Notes: a model not told the origin generated them from the sequence alone. Shown: positions 13,023 to 26,087, counted from the stretch's first letter. The stretch is 64,000 bases of DNA from Dromiciops gliroides (GCF_019393635.1 NC_057861.1:633076827-633140826), one strand, 5' to 3'. Made by a program: numbers and translations.

Positions 13023-13249
13023 TCTTCGGGGAGAGGGGGGAATAGGCAATAAAGAAGCAAAATTACTGCTCTTTGCAGATGATATGATGGTATACCTATA
13101 CCTAGAGAGCCCTAAAGAATCAACTAAAAATCTAGTTGAAACAATTAGCAACTTTAGCAAAGTTGCAAGATATTGTCACAAGTAAATTCAATAAAAGTAA
13201 ACTGAACTACATCCTCCAAGGAAAATCAGTTTATTAACAGCGATATGGG

Positions 13250-13405
13250 GGTGGGGCAGCTAGGTGGCACAGTGCATAAAGCACCAGCCCTGGATTTAGG
13301 AGGACCTGAGTTCAAATTTGGCCTCAGACACTTGACACTTACTAGCTGTGTGACCCTGGGGAAGTCACTTAACCCTCATTGCCCCACCAAAAAAAACCAA
13401 AAAAG
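13250..13405 (+). mobile_element. tRNA-derived SINE nested in L1 (filled site; paralogous empty site at about 14975)
   Basis: Consensus head and tail; flanked by L1 sequence that is contiguous in the 14810-15110 copy. Confidence 0.8.
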
Positions 13406-13725
13406 TGACATAACTGTTAACAAAGTGGGTCAGACTGGCCACCTCTGTAAAGCCACTAACTCCAATGAGAAAGGGTATTACCCTCTTTACTGACACACAG
13501 GAAAGAAGGGGGTCTTGGCAGTCATGACACATTATAATTGGCTATACTAAGAAAAGTGGATTGGCATTTAAATGAAACCTAGTTTCCTGTTGGAATAATC
13601 AACTTTTCATTTTTGTGGCATTTACTTGCCATGGTCAGCACCTTTCAGCTTCCTTCTAGAACAGAACGTTGGTGATAATATACTGTTCTGAATTTTCAGA
13701 ATAGGATATAAACCTTTAGACTTTT

Positions 13726-13860
13726 GGGGGGGGCCAGTGAGGGGTTAAATGACTTGCCCAGGGTCACACAGCAAGTGTCAAATGTTGAAGGTTAGATTTG
13801 AACTCAGGTCCTCCTGAATCCAAGGCTGGTGCTTTATCCACTGTGCCACATAGCTGCCCC
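13726..13860 (-). mobile_element. tRNA-derived SINE nested in L1
   Basis: Reverse consensus; TSD TAGACTTTT. Confidence 0.8.
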
Positions 13861-14244
13861 CTAGACTTTTTAATTTACTCATAACTGAGTCCTATCTTAT
13901 TCTTGTCATTCTCTGTGCCTTCTTTTACAATGAAATCAAATAAAGTTTCTGTTGGCTTGGTTTGAAATTCATCATGTGCAATGGACGTCAGTGTATAAAT
14001 TATACCAGCCTCTTAATGGTCTTTTTTTGCTTATGCTCACTAAGAGCATCCGCAAGATGACATTATCAAGTACCCCATGACATTTTTATTTTTAGTTGTC
14101 TATCTCTTTGATTCTTCTGTCTTTCCAAGAAGAATATGTGAGCCATCCTTTCCATTTAGCTTAACTCTTTTGTCTTCTGATTTCATTTGTGAGACCCTCA
14201 CTATGGCTATGGGTCAGTTCTTCCAAAAGGATATGAAGTCGTGT

Positions 14245-14300
14245 ATATATATGTGTGTGTGTATATATATATATATCTATATGTATATGTATAGAGATAT
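14245..14300. repeat. (TA)n/(TG)n compound microsatellite
   Basis: tgtatatatatgtgtgtgtgtatatatatatatatctatatgtatatgtatagagatatatagatata. Confidence 0.8.
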
Positions 14301-14799
14301 ATAGATATAACCTATATCAGATAGCCTGCTGTCTAGGGGAGGGGGGAGGGAGGGGAGGGAGGGAGACAAATCTGAAATTGTAAAGCATGTATAAACAAAA
14401 GTTGAGAACTGTCTTTACATGTAACGGAAAAAATAAAATACCTCATACATTAAAAAGGATATGAAGTCATTGGCCATTGGACACAAAAATCCCACATTTA
14501 GGGTATCTGCTGTTGAGTTCATCTTTATGAGTCTAAAAGTTGTGTTTCGTAGCACCTTCAGTCCCCTTTTCTACCCTTTTACTGCCATTTCTGTGAGGGA
14601 GTGACACAAGACTGAAGCCCAGTGTTTGCTTTCTCTTTTAAGGTTGCCTTTGCCAGAGAATCTTATCACCTAGTGGGCAGCCAGCTGGTGATGAGCCTCT
14701 CTATATGTAGTGGCTGCTTTGGTACCCAGTCTGTCATCAAGACTGTATTTGAAGTATTTTTCTAGTACAATAGAGCCTATCAGAGCTTAAGGTTAGAAT

Positions 14800-15110
14800 A
14801 GGCAAAGAGGAAACAAAATTATCACTCTTGGCAATATGATGGTATACCTAGAGGACCCTAGAGAATCAACTAAAAATCTAGTTGAAACAATTAGCAACTT
14901 TAGCAAAGTTACAAGATATTGTCACAAGTAAATTCAATAAAAGTAAACTGAAGTACGTACTCCAAGCAAAATCAGTTTATTAACAGTGAGTGACATGTAT
15001 AACTGTTAACAAAGTGGGTCAGACTGACCACCTCTGTAAAGCCACTAACTCCAATGAGAAGGGCGGGGGTTACCCTCTTTGCTGACAAACAGGAAAGAAA
15101 AGTGGGAATC
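14800..15110 (+). mobile_element. L1 ORF2 fragment (RT FADD region), paralogue of 13060-13510 without the SINE
   Basis: Near-identical to 13060-13250 plus 13400-13510 (…aatcaactaaaaatctagttgaaacaattagcaactttagcaaagtt…). Confidence 0.7.
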
Positions 15111-15680
15111 AAGGAATCAGGATCCGCTCCATGAAACAGGGCATTAGAGAAGGATTTTACGTAGTTTTATCATTTAAAAAATTTCAAATCAGGACTTGCT
15201 AAGGGTAGGCTTGGGGGACCCTAGGATCTTAGGGCCATTAGGAGGCTTATTGGCCATCTATTCCAGAGCATCCCTGGATAGGAATTTTGTGGACAACATC
15301 CCTGGTCATTGGTCATCCACCGGAAGATTTGTGCTGAGGGAGAGTCCTCTACCTCCTGCAACAACAGTCCATTCCTCTTTTGGGCAATTCTTAATCATTA
15401 GGGAGTTTTTACTTATATTAAACTAAATCTGCCTCCCTGAACCCTCTACCTGTGGTTCCCCATTCCTCCCTGTGGAGTCCTACCAAAGCAAAACAAATCT
15501 AATCCATACTTCTTTCACATGATGGCCTTTGGAATACTTAAAGAAAATAATCATATGGCCCCTAAGTCTTCTCCATGCTAAGTATTTTGAGCCCTTACTA
15601 TGATACTCATCTTAGCGTGTGAGAAGGAATAGGGAGGGGAGTGCCCTCAAACAGCATGAAGGGTAGCCCTGGTCTGTGTT

Positions 15681-15827
15681 TTTGTTTTGGTTTGGATTTT
15701 TTGAGGCAATTGGGGTCAAGTGACCTGGCCAGGGTCACACAACTAGTAAGTGTCTGAGGCCACATTTGAACTCCAGGGCCAGTGCTCTATCTATTGTGCC
15801 ACCTGGCTGACCCCCCTTTTTTCCCTT
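15681..15827 (-). mobile_element. tRNA-derived SINE copy
   Basis: Reverse consensus. Confidence 0.75.
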
Positions 15828-16029
15828 TGTTTTTTTTGCTGCTCTTATGTTAAAAAGGGAAACACCCGAGGTTTTCCCCAGGAGCCTAAAATCCTTTTTT
15901 TTCCCTCCTTAATTTTCTCCTTTTGCTCCTCTGACTCCTTCCCTGTCATTCATTTGTATTCTTTCTCTCCACACCAGGGATCCCACTTTAACCATTCCTG
16001 ATTCCTGCCGTCCTGATTCTGAAGTCATC

Positions 16030-16157
16030 ATGGCAAATAAGGGAGATTCCATCATCCGCATCCCCCCATACCATTTCATCCATGTGCTTGACCAGAACAG
16101 CAATGTAGCCCGAGTGGAAGTTGGGCCCAAGACCTACATCCGGCAGGACAATGAAAG
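16030..16157 (+). CDS. MVP: MVP (major vault protein) coding exon 1: [42 protein letters not shown](R)
   Basis: ATG at 16030; near-identical to the vertebrate MVP N-terminus ([35 protein letters not shown]); donor GTCAGT at 16158. Confidence 0.9.
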
Positions 16158-16445
16158 GTCAGTATGAGTTCAGGAACCACCACTCCAAGTCATCTCTGTC
16201 CTTATTTCCAAGAAGGAGTAATACCCCATTCAAGCCAGTGTGTAGGCAGGCAGAAGGGTTTTGGTCTGTTGGAGGAATGTGTTCCTCACCCATTCTAGTC
16301 TTTTGTTTTCTGGAAGTTTGTCTTATTTTCCATCCTGCAACTGCATCACCATGCTGCCTTCTCAGGATACGTCTGGCTTGGTGGGAAGAGCTAGAAGAGA
16401 AGAAAAGGTCTTTTCAAGCCCTCATACTTCCCCTCTATTCACCAG

Positions 16446-16644
16446 GATACTGTTTGCCCCAGTACGTATGGTGACAGTCCCACCACGACATTACTGCATC
16501 ATAGCTAACCCTGTAGCCCGGGATCAAGCAGGTGCCCTTGTGTTTGACGCAGCTACAGGACAAGTACGACTTCGGCATGCAGACCTGGAGATCCGGCTGG
16601 CCCAGGACCCCTTCCCACTGTACCCAGGGGAGGAGCTGGAACAG
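16446..16644 (+). CDS. MVP: MVP coding exon 2 ([23 protein letters not shown]…[20 protein letters not shown])
   Basis: Acceptor cag at 16443-16445; in-frame part of ORF 16261..16686; donor GTACCC at 16645; phases consistent. Confidence 0.9.
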
Positions 16645-17773
16645 GTACCCAGAATATCTCCTGAGTCCTTGCTCTGCAAGGGCTAGAAGACAAAGCAAAG
16701 ATGGGTGAGGAGTAGGGTATTTGCTGACACTTAAATTAGGTTGTAAAGAGTCCAGTTAGCAAGGAATTCCTTCTTGCCCTTGCCACCCTGACCTCCTCTC
16801 CACTTTTGTACCACACAAAAAAATATCTATGGATTGCTTGTCGTTCCTTTAACAAGGACTTTCCCGCCTCCATATTTTTGCTTCTATTTGCCAATACCCC
16901 TCTTTGCAGGTTAGTAAGTGACTAGTGACTAAATTATTTCACTGGGCTTCTGTGGAGCTGAGTTCTCAGAGTTTTCTTGGGGACCATGGCAACACTTAGC
17001 TGGTGCTTTTAAACATTTCACTTTACCCATTTGTTGGCACAAATCACGTCACACTTATAGAATTATTTTTTTAATGACAAAATTATTTTATTATTTTCCA
17101 GTTACATGTAAAGACAGTTTTCAACATTTGTTTTCATAAGATTTCTAGTTCTAAATTTTTCTCCCTCCCTTGCCCTCACCAAGACAGAAAGCAATATGAT
17201 ATAGGTTATATATGTACAATCCCATCAAACAGATTTCTGCATTAGTCATGTTGTAAAAGAAGAATCAGAACAAAAGGGAAAAACCTCAAAAAACAAAAAA
17301 CAAAGTAACAACGGTATGATTTAATCTGCATTCAGAATCTACAATTCTCTTTTCTGGACGTGGAGAACTTTTTCTATCATGAGTTCTTTAGAATTGTCTT
17401 GGATCATTGCCACTTATAGAATTATTAAAAACAATAAATTGGGATAGGATTGGGAAGGGGAAAAACCCCTGAGTAGGATTTCCCCATTGTTACTTTGAGA
17501 AGTCATTTACCTCTAGACTTCATGGTTTTTAAATGAAGGCCTTGGAGCAGAAAGGCATTTAAGGTCCTTCCTCTCTCTTCTTCAGCACCTGTAATTTGGG
17601 GTGAGGTGTTTCTTCCCGAGGCAAGTAAGATAATTATGGAAGTTTGGGGGGAGGGGAGTGGAGGCAGTTAGACTGTGTGCTATAGGGGAAGAGAGTCTAA
17701 GGTGAGCATAAGCAAGGTTAAACTACTTCACCCAGAATAGTCATGGGCTCACAGGTAGAGCTAGAAGGCATCT

Positions 17774-17907
17774 TTTTGAGGCAATTGGGGTTAAGTGACT
17801 TGCCCAGGGTCACACATCTAGTGTCAAGTGTCTGAGGCCAGATTTGAACCCAGGTCCTTCTGACTCCAGGGATGGTGTTCTATCTACTGCGCCACCTAGC
17901 TGCCCCC
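17774..17907 (-). mobile_element. tRNA-derived SINE copy (MVP intron 2)
   Basis: Reverse consensus; TSD CTAGAAGGCATCTTT. Confidence 0.85.
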
Positions 17908-18377
17908 TAGAAGGCATCTTTAAGGTCATCTATCCAGGCCCTTTGGTTTTATTCCAACTGAGGAGACTACAGTATAAGTATATGCAAATCTGATACAAAA
18001 TAACTCTGAAGGGGGGGAGGCATTAGTAGCTCAGGGGACAGGGAAGGGCCTCATATAGAAACTGGCTGAGTTTACAAGGACATCAGGGATTCCAAGAGGT
18101 GGAGGAGTAAAGGAAAAGCATCTTGTCAGGGAGGGGAACAACGAGTGCAAAGGCAGATGGTTACATGCAGCATCATGGGTAGAGCAACAGGAAATTCCCC
18201 TCTAAGATACTCAATGAGGTCAACCCACCTCTGCTGGAAGTTTTTTCAATAATCAAGGAACTCCTTATTTCCTGAGGCAGCCTATCCCATTTTTTCTCAA
18301 CTCTGTTGGAACTTAAAAAAAAATTAAAGGCTATCCCAAAAATCTTAGTGTTGTCTTAGAACATTTATTTTATTTAT

Positions 18378-18525
18378 TTATTTTTTTTTGCGGGGCAATG
18401 GGGGTTAAGTGACTTGCCCAGGGTCACACAGCTAGTAAGTATCAAGTGTCTGAGGCAGGATTTGAACTCAGGTACTCCTGACTCCAGGGCTGGTGCTTTA
18501 TCCACTGCGCCACCTAGCCGCCCCC
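18378..18525 (-). mobile_element. tRNA-derived SINE copy
   Basis: Reverse consensus; TSD (A)GTCTTAGAACATTT. Confidence 0.85.
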
Positions 18526-18812
18526 AGTCTTAGAACATTTTAAGCTGAGAGACTGCAGTAAGACTTTTGGGACACGTGTTTAGTGTCAAAACCCACCTGC
18601 CTGTAATTTTCACCCATTTGTTCTGTGGCTAAATAAAATAAGGCCAATCTCTTTTCTACATATCAGCCCTTAAAGTACTCAAAGGTAGCTATCATGTCTC
18701 CTCTGAGGTTTTTTTTAAAATAATTTTATTTTTTATTCTGAACAGAAAATTAGTGTTTGCATGTATAATGCTTCAGTGACTCTCACTCTCCACTCTTCCC
18801 CACTCCTGCACA

Positions 18813-18816
<4 letters not shown>

Positions 18817-18860
<44 letters not shown>
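18817..18860. repeat. (CT)n microsatellite, about 22 units
   Basis: Uninterrupted ctctct… run. Confidence 0.95.
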
Positions 18861-18866
<6 letters not shown>

Positions 18867-19060
18867 CTCCCTTCCCTTCTTCCCTGTCATCATCTGCACT
18901 GGGAAAAAAATAGAAAAAAATATCCTTTATAATGAATATGTATAGTCAAAACTAATTCCCTATTTGGCCATGTCCAATAATGTGTGTCTCATTCTGCAGC
19001 AGATGATGAGCTCATCACCTGTCAGGAGGTATCTGCCATGCTTCCTTAAAAGTCCTCTAG

Positions 19061-19217
19061 GGGGGCAGCTAGGTGGCGAAGTGGATAGAGCACCAGCCCT
19101 GGAGTCAGGAGTACCTGAGTTCAAATCTGACCTCAGACACTTAACACTTACTAGCTGTGTGACCCTCGGCAAGTCACAACCCCAATTGCCTCACTAAAAA
19201 AAATTAAATTAAAAAAA
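19061..19217 (+). mobile_element. tRNA-derived SINE copy
   Basis: Consensus head and A-rich tail. Confidence 0.8.
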
Positions 19218-19499
19218 GTCCTCTAGGATTGTGATTGGTCATTGCATTGATCAGAATTAAACCTTTCACAGTTGTGCTCTCTCTTCCTAAGGCTAAACAT
19301 CTCTAATTCTTCTATCTGCTCCTAATTTGGCTCCGTCTCCAATCCTTTCAGTCTCTTGGTTGCTCTCCTCAGGATGTGCTCCAGTTTATGATTGTCTTAG
19401 AATGTGATACCCAGAACTGAATTTAGTATCTCACATGTGGTCTGACCAGTTCAGATCACAGTGAGCCTACCAATTCTCTAGTTGTAGACAGTACCCTTC

Positions 19500-20900
19500 T
19501 ATTAAGGCAAGCTAAAACAGCATTAAGTTTTTGGATGTTCTCCTATCAGACCAAACACTTTCTCGGTGTCCTTTGCTGGTCTTCTGTGTCATCTCCAAGA
19601 GTATCCCCCCATGCCTCTATCCTGGGCCCCCTTTTGTTTTTACTGCATTTACTTTATACCGTCTTACTAACACCATGATCTCATCAGTCCCATGGGGTTC
19701 AATTAGCATTTCTATGTGGAAGATTCCATGGTCTATATATCCCACACACTTATGGACAATATGAAATCCAGTAGATCGGAAAGACAAACAGCTCTTGTTG
19801 CAAGCTATTGCATCCAGATAACAGTCCTGAGTGAAACAAGACTGACAAACAAAGGCTAGTTCACTGAAGTCACACACGGATACATGTTTTTCCGGAGTGG
19901 CCACAGTGATGCGGAGTACAGTGAAGCTGGCACAATCAAAACTAATCTAGTCAACAAGCTTGTATGGTGTGTAACTTTTTGTTCATAGGTGATTGTGCAC
20001 TCAGTGCAGACTCTGAGGCTGAGATGCCACAAAGTATGGATTGATTCTCTGCCCCTTATGCTAATTTTGTCCTGACAATTAACACCAGGAAAACAGAGGT
20101 ACTCCACCAGCTAGCACTGCATCATCCAGACATGGAACCATCAATTACAGCAAATGAAAAAAATGTGAATGCTATGGATAAGTTCACTTACCTTGGGGCA
20201 GTGTACATTCAAAGGATGTACACATAGATGATGAAGTTGACACATGCATTACCAGAGCTAACTGGGTGTTTGGGAGGCTTCAAAGGAAATCAGGAGAGAA
20301 GAGGTATTAGGCTGTCTACTAAACTGAAGTTCTACAGAGCCATTGTGTTGGCCTCATTGTTGTATGCCTGTGGAACCTGGACAGTCTACCAGTGCCATGC
20401 CAGCAAACTGAACCACTTCCATTTGAATTGTCTTAGGAAGATTCTGAAGATCACCTGGCAAGATAAGGCATCAGACACTGAGGTCCTTTTTCCAGCTAAA
20501 CTGCCAAGCATTTAAACTCTAATGCAGAGCACACAACTCTGATGAGCTGGCCATGTTGTTTGGATGCCAAATGCACATTTGCCTAAAAGACCATTTAACA
20601 GAGAACTCACACAAGGCAAGCGCTCACATGAAGGTCAGAAAAAGTGATACAAAGATAATCTCAAGGTCCCTTTGAAGAACTTGGGAATTGATGGGAGACA
20701 CTGGCAGAGGACTACTCAGCATGTCATCGTGCTCACCTCAAAGAAGGTGCTGTGCTATGTGAGCAAAGCAGAATTTCAGTAGCTCAAAAGAAACGTGAGG
20801 CGTGCAAATCTAGAGACATCTCTCCAAATGTTCACATGCAGTATTTGTGTCTGACCTGTGGTGGAGCTTTCTGTGCTCATATTGGTCTAATCAACCACAG
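19500..20900 (+). mobile_element. Non-LTR retrotransposon (RTE/BovB- or L2-like) ORF2 C-terminal fragment
   Basis: ORF 20228..20515 has the conserved LINE motif …KLKFYRAIVLASLLYACGTWTVYQ…LNHFHLNCLRKILKITWQDK.SDTEVL…. Confidence 0.55.
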
Positions 20901-21020
20901 CTAAACACACTCTACCTTGACCCCCCCCCCCAAAAAAAATGTCTTCCAACACAAAGAACAACAACTAACCATTTGTATCCCTAGTTGCTTAGTGCCTGGC
21001 ATATAATAAGTGCTTAATGG

Positions 21021-21168
21021 GGGCAGCTAGGTGGTACAGTGAATAAAGCACCAGCCCTGGATTCAGGAGGACCTGAGTTCAAATCTGGCCTCAGACACTT
21101 GATACTTAGTAGCTGTGTGACCCTGGGCAAGTCATTTAACCCTCATTGCCCTGCCCCCCCCCCCAAAG
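21021..21168 (+). mobile_element. tRNA-derived SINE copy
   Basis: Consensus head; C-rich then A tail. Confidence 0.8.
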
Positions 21169-22319
21169 TGATTAATAATGCTTGTTAACTTTACTTGCTA
21201 CATCAAAAGTTTAACCCAAATTGAGCTTGTAAAATACTAAAATTCCAGGTCCTTTCCATGTCAACTCATACATCTCAGTTTTTACTTGTGCAATTTTTTG
21301 TTTATTTTTTAACCAAAATGTTGGACTTTAAATTTAAGAGGTTAAAAAAAAACTTATTAAATTTGGCCCACTGTTCTACCTCTCCCAATATCCATGGATC
21401 TCTATTCTTTCATGTGAAACATCTGTTCTTCCTCATGGGATTTGCAGGTTTCTCAAATACTAAGGACAGCACCCTACAGAGAGCATTCTGCAAAAGAGCT
21501 CCTTTTAGATTGCTATGGCTACATTTTATTTTTTACTTCCAGTCTTTCATCTAATTCTAAGTCTTTCTAACTGCTAACCTATTTCCTACATCTATCTCAC
21601 CCTCAACAATGTTGTGAGAGAGATTTACTGGTGCCCTGCCAAAATTTGTTTATGGTATTTTCCAGATCTAATAAATAACCCCGTTGAAAAAAAAAATCCA
21701 AACAGTCCAGAATTAGCTGTTCTTTTAGCGAATCCGTACTGGCTTGTTGTAATTACTGGTTCTCATTCTAAGGAACCGCCAGCCACCTCTTTAAGAATTT
21801 TTTCGAGAATAAACTTGCTAGCTTAAAATTTTAGAATCTGCCTTCTTCCATTCTTTTTTTTTTTTTTTGGAAATGAGAACATTTGAATGTCTCCAGTAAT
21901 ACTTTCTCCTATTTCTCATGACTGTTTAACTACTGTGGGTAATGGTTTAATCTCATAGATAAGTTCTTTCAGGATTCTGGGCTAGAGTTCACCCTGGCAC
22001 AGTGACTTAACCATAATTGAGAGCAACTATAATGTGTCTTTACCACTTCATCTCTTGACTTTTGTTTCAATTCTCTATTAACTATTACTGTTTGACCTTT
22101 CCCAGTCTGAAAGCCATCCTTCTTGGTAGAGGGAAAAAAAACAACCAGAAGCCAAATGAGTTGAGTGATTCTGCCATCTTTCAGCCTTTACCATTGTCAC
22201 ATCCACCTTGAGGAGTGGTCCTCTTCCTGCCTTCTTTCTATTTCCCCCATCTCAGTTTTTAGAACCCTGTTTTGCTGCCGGTAATATTTATTGCAATTCC
22301 CAGATCTTTTCTTGGTATT

Positions 22320-22493
22320 CTTTTTTTTTGTTTTGTTTTTGTTTTTTTTGGTTTTTTTGCAGGGCAATGAGGGTTAAGTGACTTGCCCAGGGTCACACAG
22401 CTAGTAAGTGTCAAGTGTCTGAGGCCGGATTTGAACTCAGGTACTCCTGAATCCAGGGCCGGTGCTTTACCACTGCGCTATCTAGCTGCCCCC
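22320..22493 (-). mobile_element. tRNA-derived SINE copy
   Basis: Reverse consensus; TSD CTTTTCTTGGTATTCT. Confidence 0.85.
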
Positions 22494-22739
22494 TTTTCTT
22501 GGTATTCTTACAGATGAAGGATACATTTTTGTATTTTGTCTCGGTTTCTATGCTCATTTGCTTTTTCAAATTCAAAGTTTATCAGTGATGTCTCTACATA
22601 ACCATTTGGCCTCTTGTTAACACATTTTTCTTACTCATAGGAATCATTTATGTTCACCAGTGGAAGTCATTCTTGAGAGGTTCCTGGCTTCTTTCCCCTC
22701 TATCCCCCTCAATCCTTTAACCTACCCATTTCTTAAGAA

Positions 22740-22852
22740 TTTCAGGCTATGGATCCAAGACAATTCTGAAGGACTTATGAAAAATGCAGTCCATCTCCGG
22801 AAAAACAACTGATGGTGTCTGCACACAGACTGAAGCATAATTTTTTTAGTTC
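22740..22852 (+). mobile_element. L1 3' end fragment
   Basis: …caagacaattctgaaggacttatgaaaaatgcagtccatctc… matches other L1 3' fragments (11330, 24270). Confidence 0.5.
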
Positions 22853-22859
22853 CTTTTTC

Positions 22860-23026
22860 TTTTTTTTTTTTCCCTTTTTTTTTTTTTTTTTTGGTGAGGC
22901 AATTGGGGTTAAGTGACTTGCCCAGGGTCACACAGCTAGTAAGTGTTAAGTGTTTGAGGCTGAATTTGAACTCAGGTCCTCCTGAATTCAGGGCCAGTGC
23001 TCTATCCACTGTGCCACCTAACTGCC
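22860..23026 (-). mobile_element. tRNA-derived SINE copy
   Basis: Reverse consensus; TSD TAGTTCCTTTTTCTT. Confidence 0.85.
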
Positions 23027-23204
23027 CCTAGTTCCTTTTTCTTAAGGTTTTTTTTTGTCTGTTTTCTTTCACAACCTGACTAAAGTAGAAATGTTTTGCA
23101 TGAAAACAAAACACATGTATAACTTATATTGAATTGTTTGAATTCTTAAGGGGGGATGGGGAGGGAGAGAATTTGGAACACAGTTTTAAAAATCGATGTA
23201 AAAG

Positions 23205-23351
23205 GGCAGATAGGTGGCACAGTGGATAGAGCACCAGCCCTGGATTCAGGAAGACCTGAGTTCAAATCCAACCTCAGACACTTGACACTTACTAGCTGTG
23301 TGACCCTGGGCAAGTCACTTAACCCCAATTGCCTCACCCCCCAAAAAAAAA
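23205..23351 (+). mobile_element. tRNA-derived SINE copy
   Basis: Consensus; perfect 15-bp TSD AAAATCGATGTAAAA. Confidence 0.9.
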
Positions 23352-23519
23352 TCGATGTAAAAATTGTTTTTCCATGTAATTTGGGGGAAAAATTAAATTC
23401 CAAATTAAACAAAAAAAAAGAATTTCAGGCTATGGAATCTTACCCATCCTTTCTCTAAACCCTTTGAAATATATTCTTGTAAAAATTAAAGGGTGTGTAG
23501 CTGCCCCATGATGACATCT

Positions 23520-24660
23520 TTAAGGTTAAAAATCGAGGGGTGAGGGGAATGTACTGGGGGAGGGGGAAGGACAGAGGTGAAATCCTACATGAAAGAAACA
23601 GGAAAAGGTTTATGGAGTAGGGGAAGAGATGGGGGAGGGGGAGGGTAGTAAATGAATTGTACACTCTTCAGAAAAGACCTAAAGACCTTAAACTCATCAG
23701 AGTTACCTCAAGGAAGGATTAACATACACACCCAACTGGGTGGAGTAATCTCTCCAACCCTGCAGGAAAATAGGAGGGGAAGGGGATAAAGAGAGAGGGG
23801 CAAAAGATGGAAGGGCAGATTGGGGGAGGGGACAGACAGAAGCAAATCCCTTTTGAAGAGTGATAGGAGGAGAGAAGATGGATAATAGAATAAATATCCT
23901 GGGGAAGGGAATAGGATGGAAGGGAAACAGTTAAAAATAGTAATCATGGGGGGCGGCTAGGCAGCGCAGTGGATAAAGCACTGGCCCTGGATTCAGGAGG
24001 ACCTGAGTTCAAATCCAGCCTCAGACACTTGACACTTACTAGCTGTGTGACCCTGGGCAAGTCACTTAATCCCCATTGCCCCGCAAAAAACAAAACAAAA
24101 CAAAAAAAACAAAAATAGTAATCATGAAAAGGGGGGAAAATTGTACAAAAAATATTTATAGCAACTCTTTGTGGTAGCTAAGAATTGAGAATCAAGGGAA
24201 TGTCCATCAATTGACTGAAGAAGCTGTGGTATATGATTGTGGTGGAATGGTTTTGTGCTATAGGAAATGACAAACAAGATGATCCCAGAAAAACCTGGAA
24301 AGATTCATGAACTGATGTATAGTGAAGTGAGCAGAGCTGGGAGGACATTGTGCATAGTGACAGCAGTATTGTTCAATGAGCAGTTGTGAATGACTTAACT
24401 ACTCTCAGCAATGCAATGATCTGAGACAATCCCTAGGGACTAATGACAAAGCTTACTATCCACCCCCATAGAAAGAACTTATAAAAAGAGCATTTGTGGA
24501 TTGTACATATATAACCTGGTTGCTGTCTTGTGGAGGAGGGTAGGAAAGGGAGGGAGGAAGGGAGAAAAATTTGGAACTCTAAATCTTATGAAAATGAATG
24601 TTGAAAATTACCCTTGCATGTAACTGGAAAAAATAAAATAATTGTTGTTGAAAAAAAAAT
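23520..24660 (+). mobile_element. L1 3' portion (ORF2 C-terminus plus G-rich 3' UTR) with a nested SINE
   Basis: …MEYY-like ORF2 tail (VEWFCAIGNDKQDD), GGGAGGGAGGAAGGGAGAAAAATTTGGAAC 3' UTR motif, A-rich end at about 24650. Confidence 0.6.
23951..24115 (+). mobile_element. tRNA-derived SINE nested in the L1 3' portion
   Basis: Consensus; TSD AAAATAGTAATCATG. Confidence 0.9.
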
Positions 24661-24891
24661 TAAAGGGCATGACAAATTGTGTCAATAACCCTATGTGATA
24701 TCCTAGTGATAGTTTGTAAATGACTCTAAATGCTAAGGTGGCACCATCACTGCCTCCCAAGATCCCCATAATTTCACAACCAGTTTTTAATCTAGACCAA
24801 GAATCTTAGTTAACCTCTTTTTACAGAGGAAGAAGCTGAAGCTCAGAGGGATTAAGCAACAGATGCAAGGTTATACAAAGCCAAGGCTCAA

Positions 24892-25035
24892 GGGCAGCTA
24901 GGTGGCGCAGTGGATAAAGCACTGGCCCTGGATTCAGGAGGACCTGAGTTCAAATCCGGCTTCAGACACTTGGCACTTAGTAGCTGTGTGACCTTGGGCA
25001 AGTCACTTAGCCCCCATTGCCCTGCAAAAAAAAAA
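24892..25035 (+). mobile_element. tRNA-derived SINE copy
   Basis: Consensus head and tail. Confidence 0.8.
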
Positions 25036-25342
25036 GTCCAATTACAAAGTCCCCCTCAGACCCCCATTTTAGCATTCCAGGTCCAATACTCTGTCTACTT
25101 CTAGACACAATCATGTGATACTTAGGTATTTACTACTTATGCCTAGGAAAGGGTTTTCCACTCAAAATTCTTCACTGATAGTTTCAAGAAAACCAGATCT
25201 AGAGGAAATGGAAAGAAGGGTTGCTACAATGGGTCCCTTTTCAACCCTCTCTGTATGGGATCCCCCCTTGACTTTCAGGCCCCCTCTCCAGATCTTTGAG
25301 GGCCCCAGAGATGGATCATGGATTTCTTCTCTTCTCTCCTAG

Positions 25343-25466
25343 GACATAACCCCACTGCAGGTGGTTCTGCCCAATACAGCACTGCACCTTAAGGCCTTAC
25401 TTGACTTTGAAGATGACATTTGGGGCAAAAGAATAGCAGGAGATGAGTGGCTGTTTGAAGGGCCTG
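25343..25466 (+). CDS. MVP: MVP coding exon 3 ([42 protein letters not shown])
   Basis: Acceptor cctag at 25338-25342, donor GTGAGT at 25467; conserved MVP repeat-domain peptide; phase 0 to 1. Confidence 0.9.
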
Positions 25467-26087
25467 GTGAGTCTTTTGTCTCCCTAATGGTCATTGACTA
25501 TATAGGATTTGGCCCCATTCTGAAGGTTTCACCCAGGTAGGGTAAAAAGGATCCCTGATCACTTGCCTCTTCTACCTTCCCTGTCCTCTCTCTTTCCTTT
25601 CTTTTGTCAGTTGTGATAAACAAACCCCAAAATCTGAAATAGTTTTAGAAAGAAATTTATTAGGTCATTTGGTGGAGGAAAGAGAAGGAAAGGGTGTGGC
25701 TCCCTATCCTCCAGGCTCTGGAAGGTTTACATTATATAGGATATAGACACAGGCACCCAAACATGAACCTCCATATGTGATTAAGCAATCTTGCAGAGAG
25801 GACAGCTTGAAGGCAAGTTGAGATGGATGTCATCAGTAAAAATGAACATTCAATAAAATGTGTGTGAAGCCAAGACACAAAGGGAACCTAAAACACAAGC
25901 TGAGGCAGAATCAAAACAAGACCTGGGTGAGTGGACCCAAAATATAAAATGTTTTGGATGGATCCAGGACCTGAGAGGAACTCAAAATTCCTTGTAGCCA
26001 CCTCTGGCATTCCTGGCAAGTTATTAAGGTCAGGGCATCATTCTGGGTTCAAACAATCTCTAGTCACATAAAGTTAGATTTAAACAG

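Larger units (their letters stand above)
11700..14445 (+). mobile_element. LINE-1 element (ORF2 remnants: endonuclease/RT N-terminus 11850-12170, FADD RT motif about 13080, C-terminus and 3' UTR to about 14440), interrupted by at least 5 nested SINE insertions
   Basis: ORF 11850..12170 matches L1 ORF2 (…[11 protein letters not shown]…LPNSF…ITKPG…); [10 protein letters not shown] at about 13080; L1 3' UTR motif and polyA at about 14330-14445. Confidence 0.65.
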
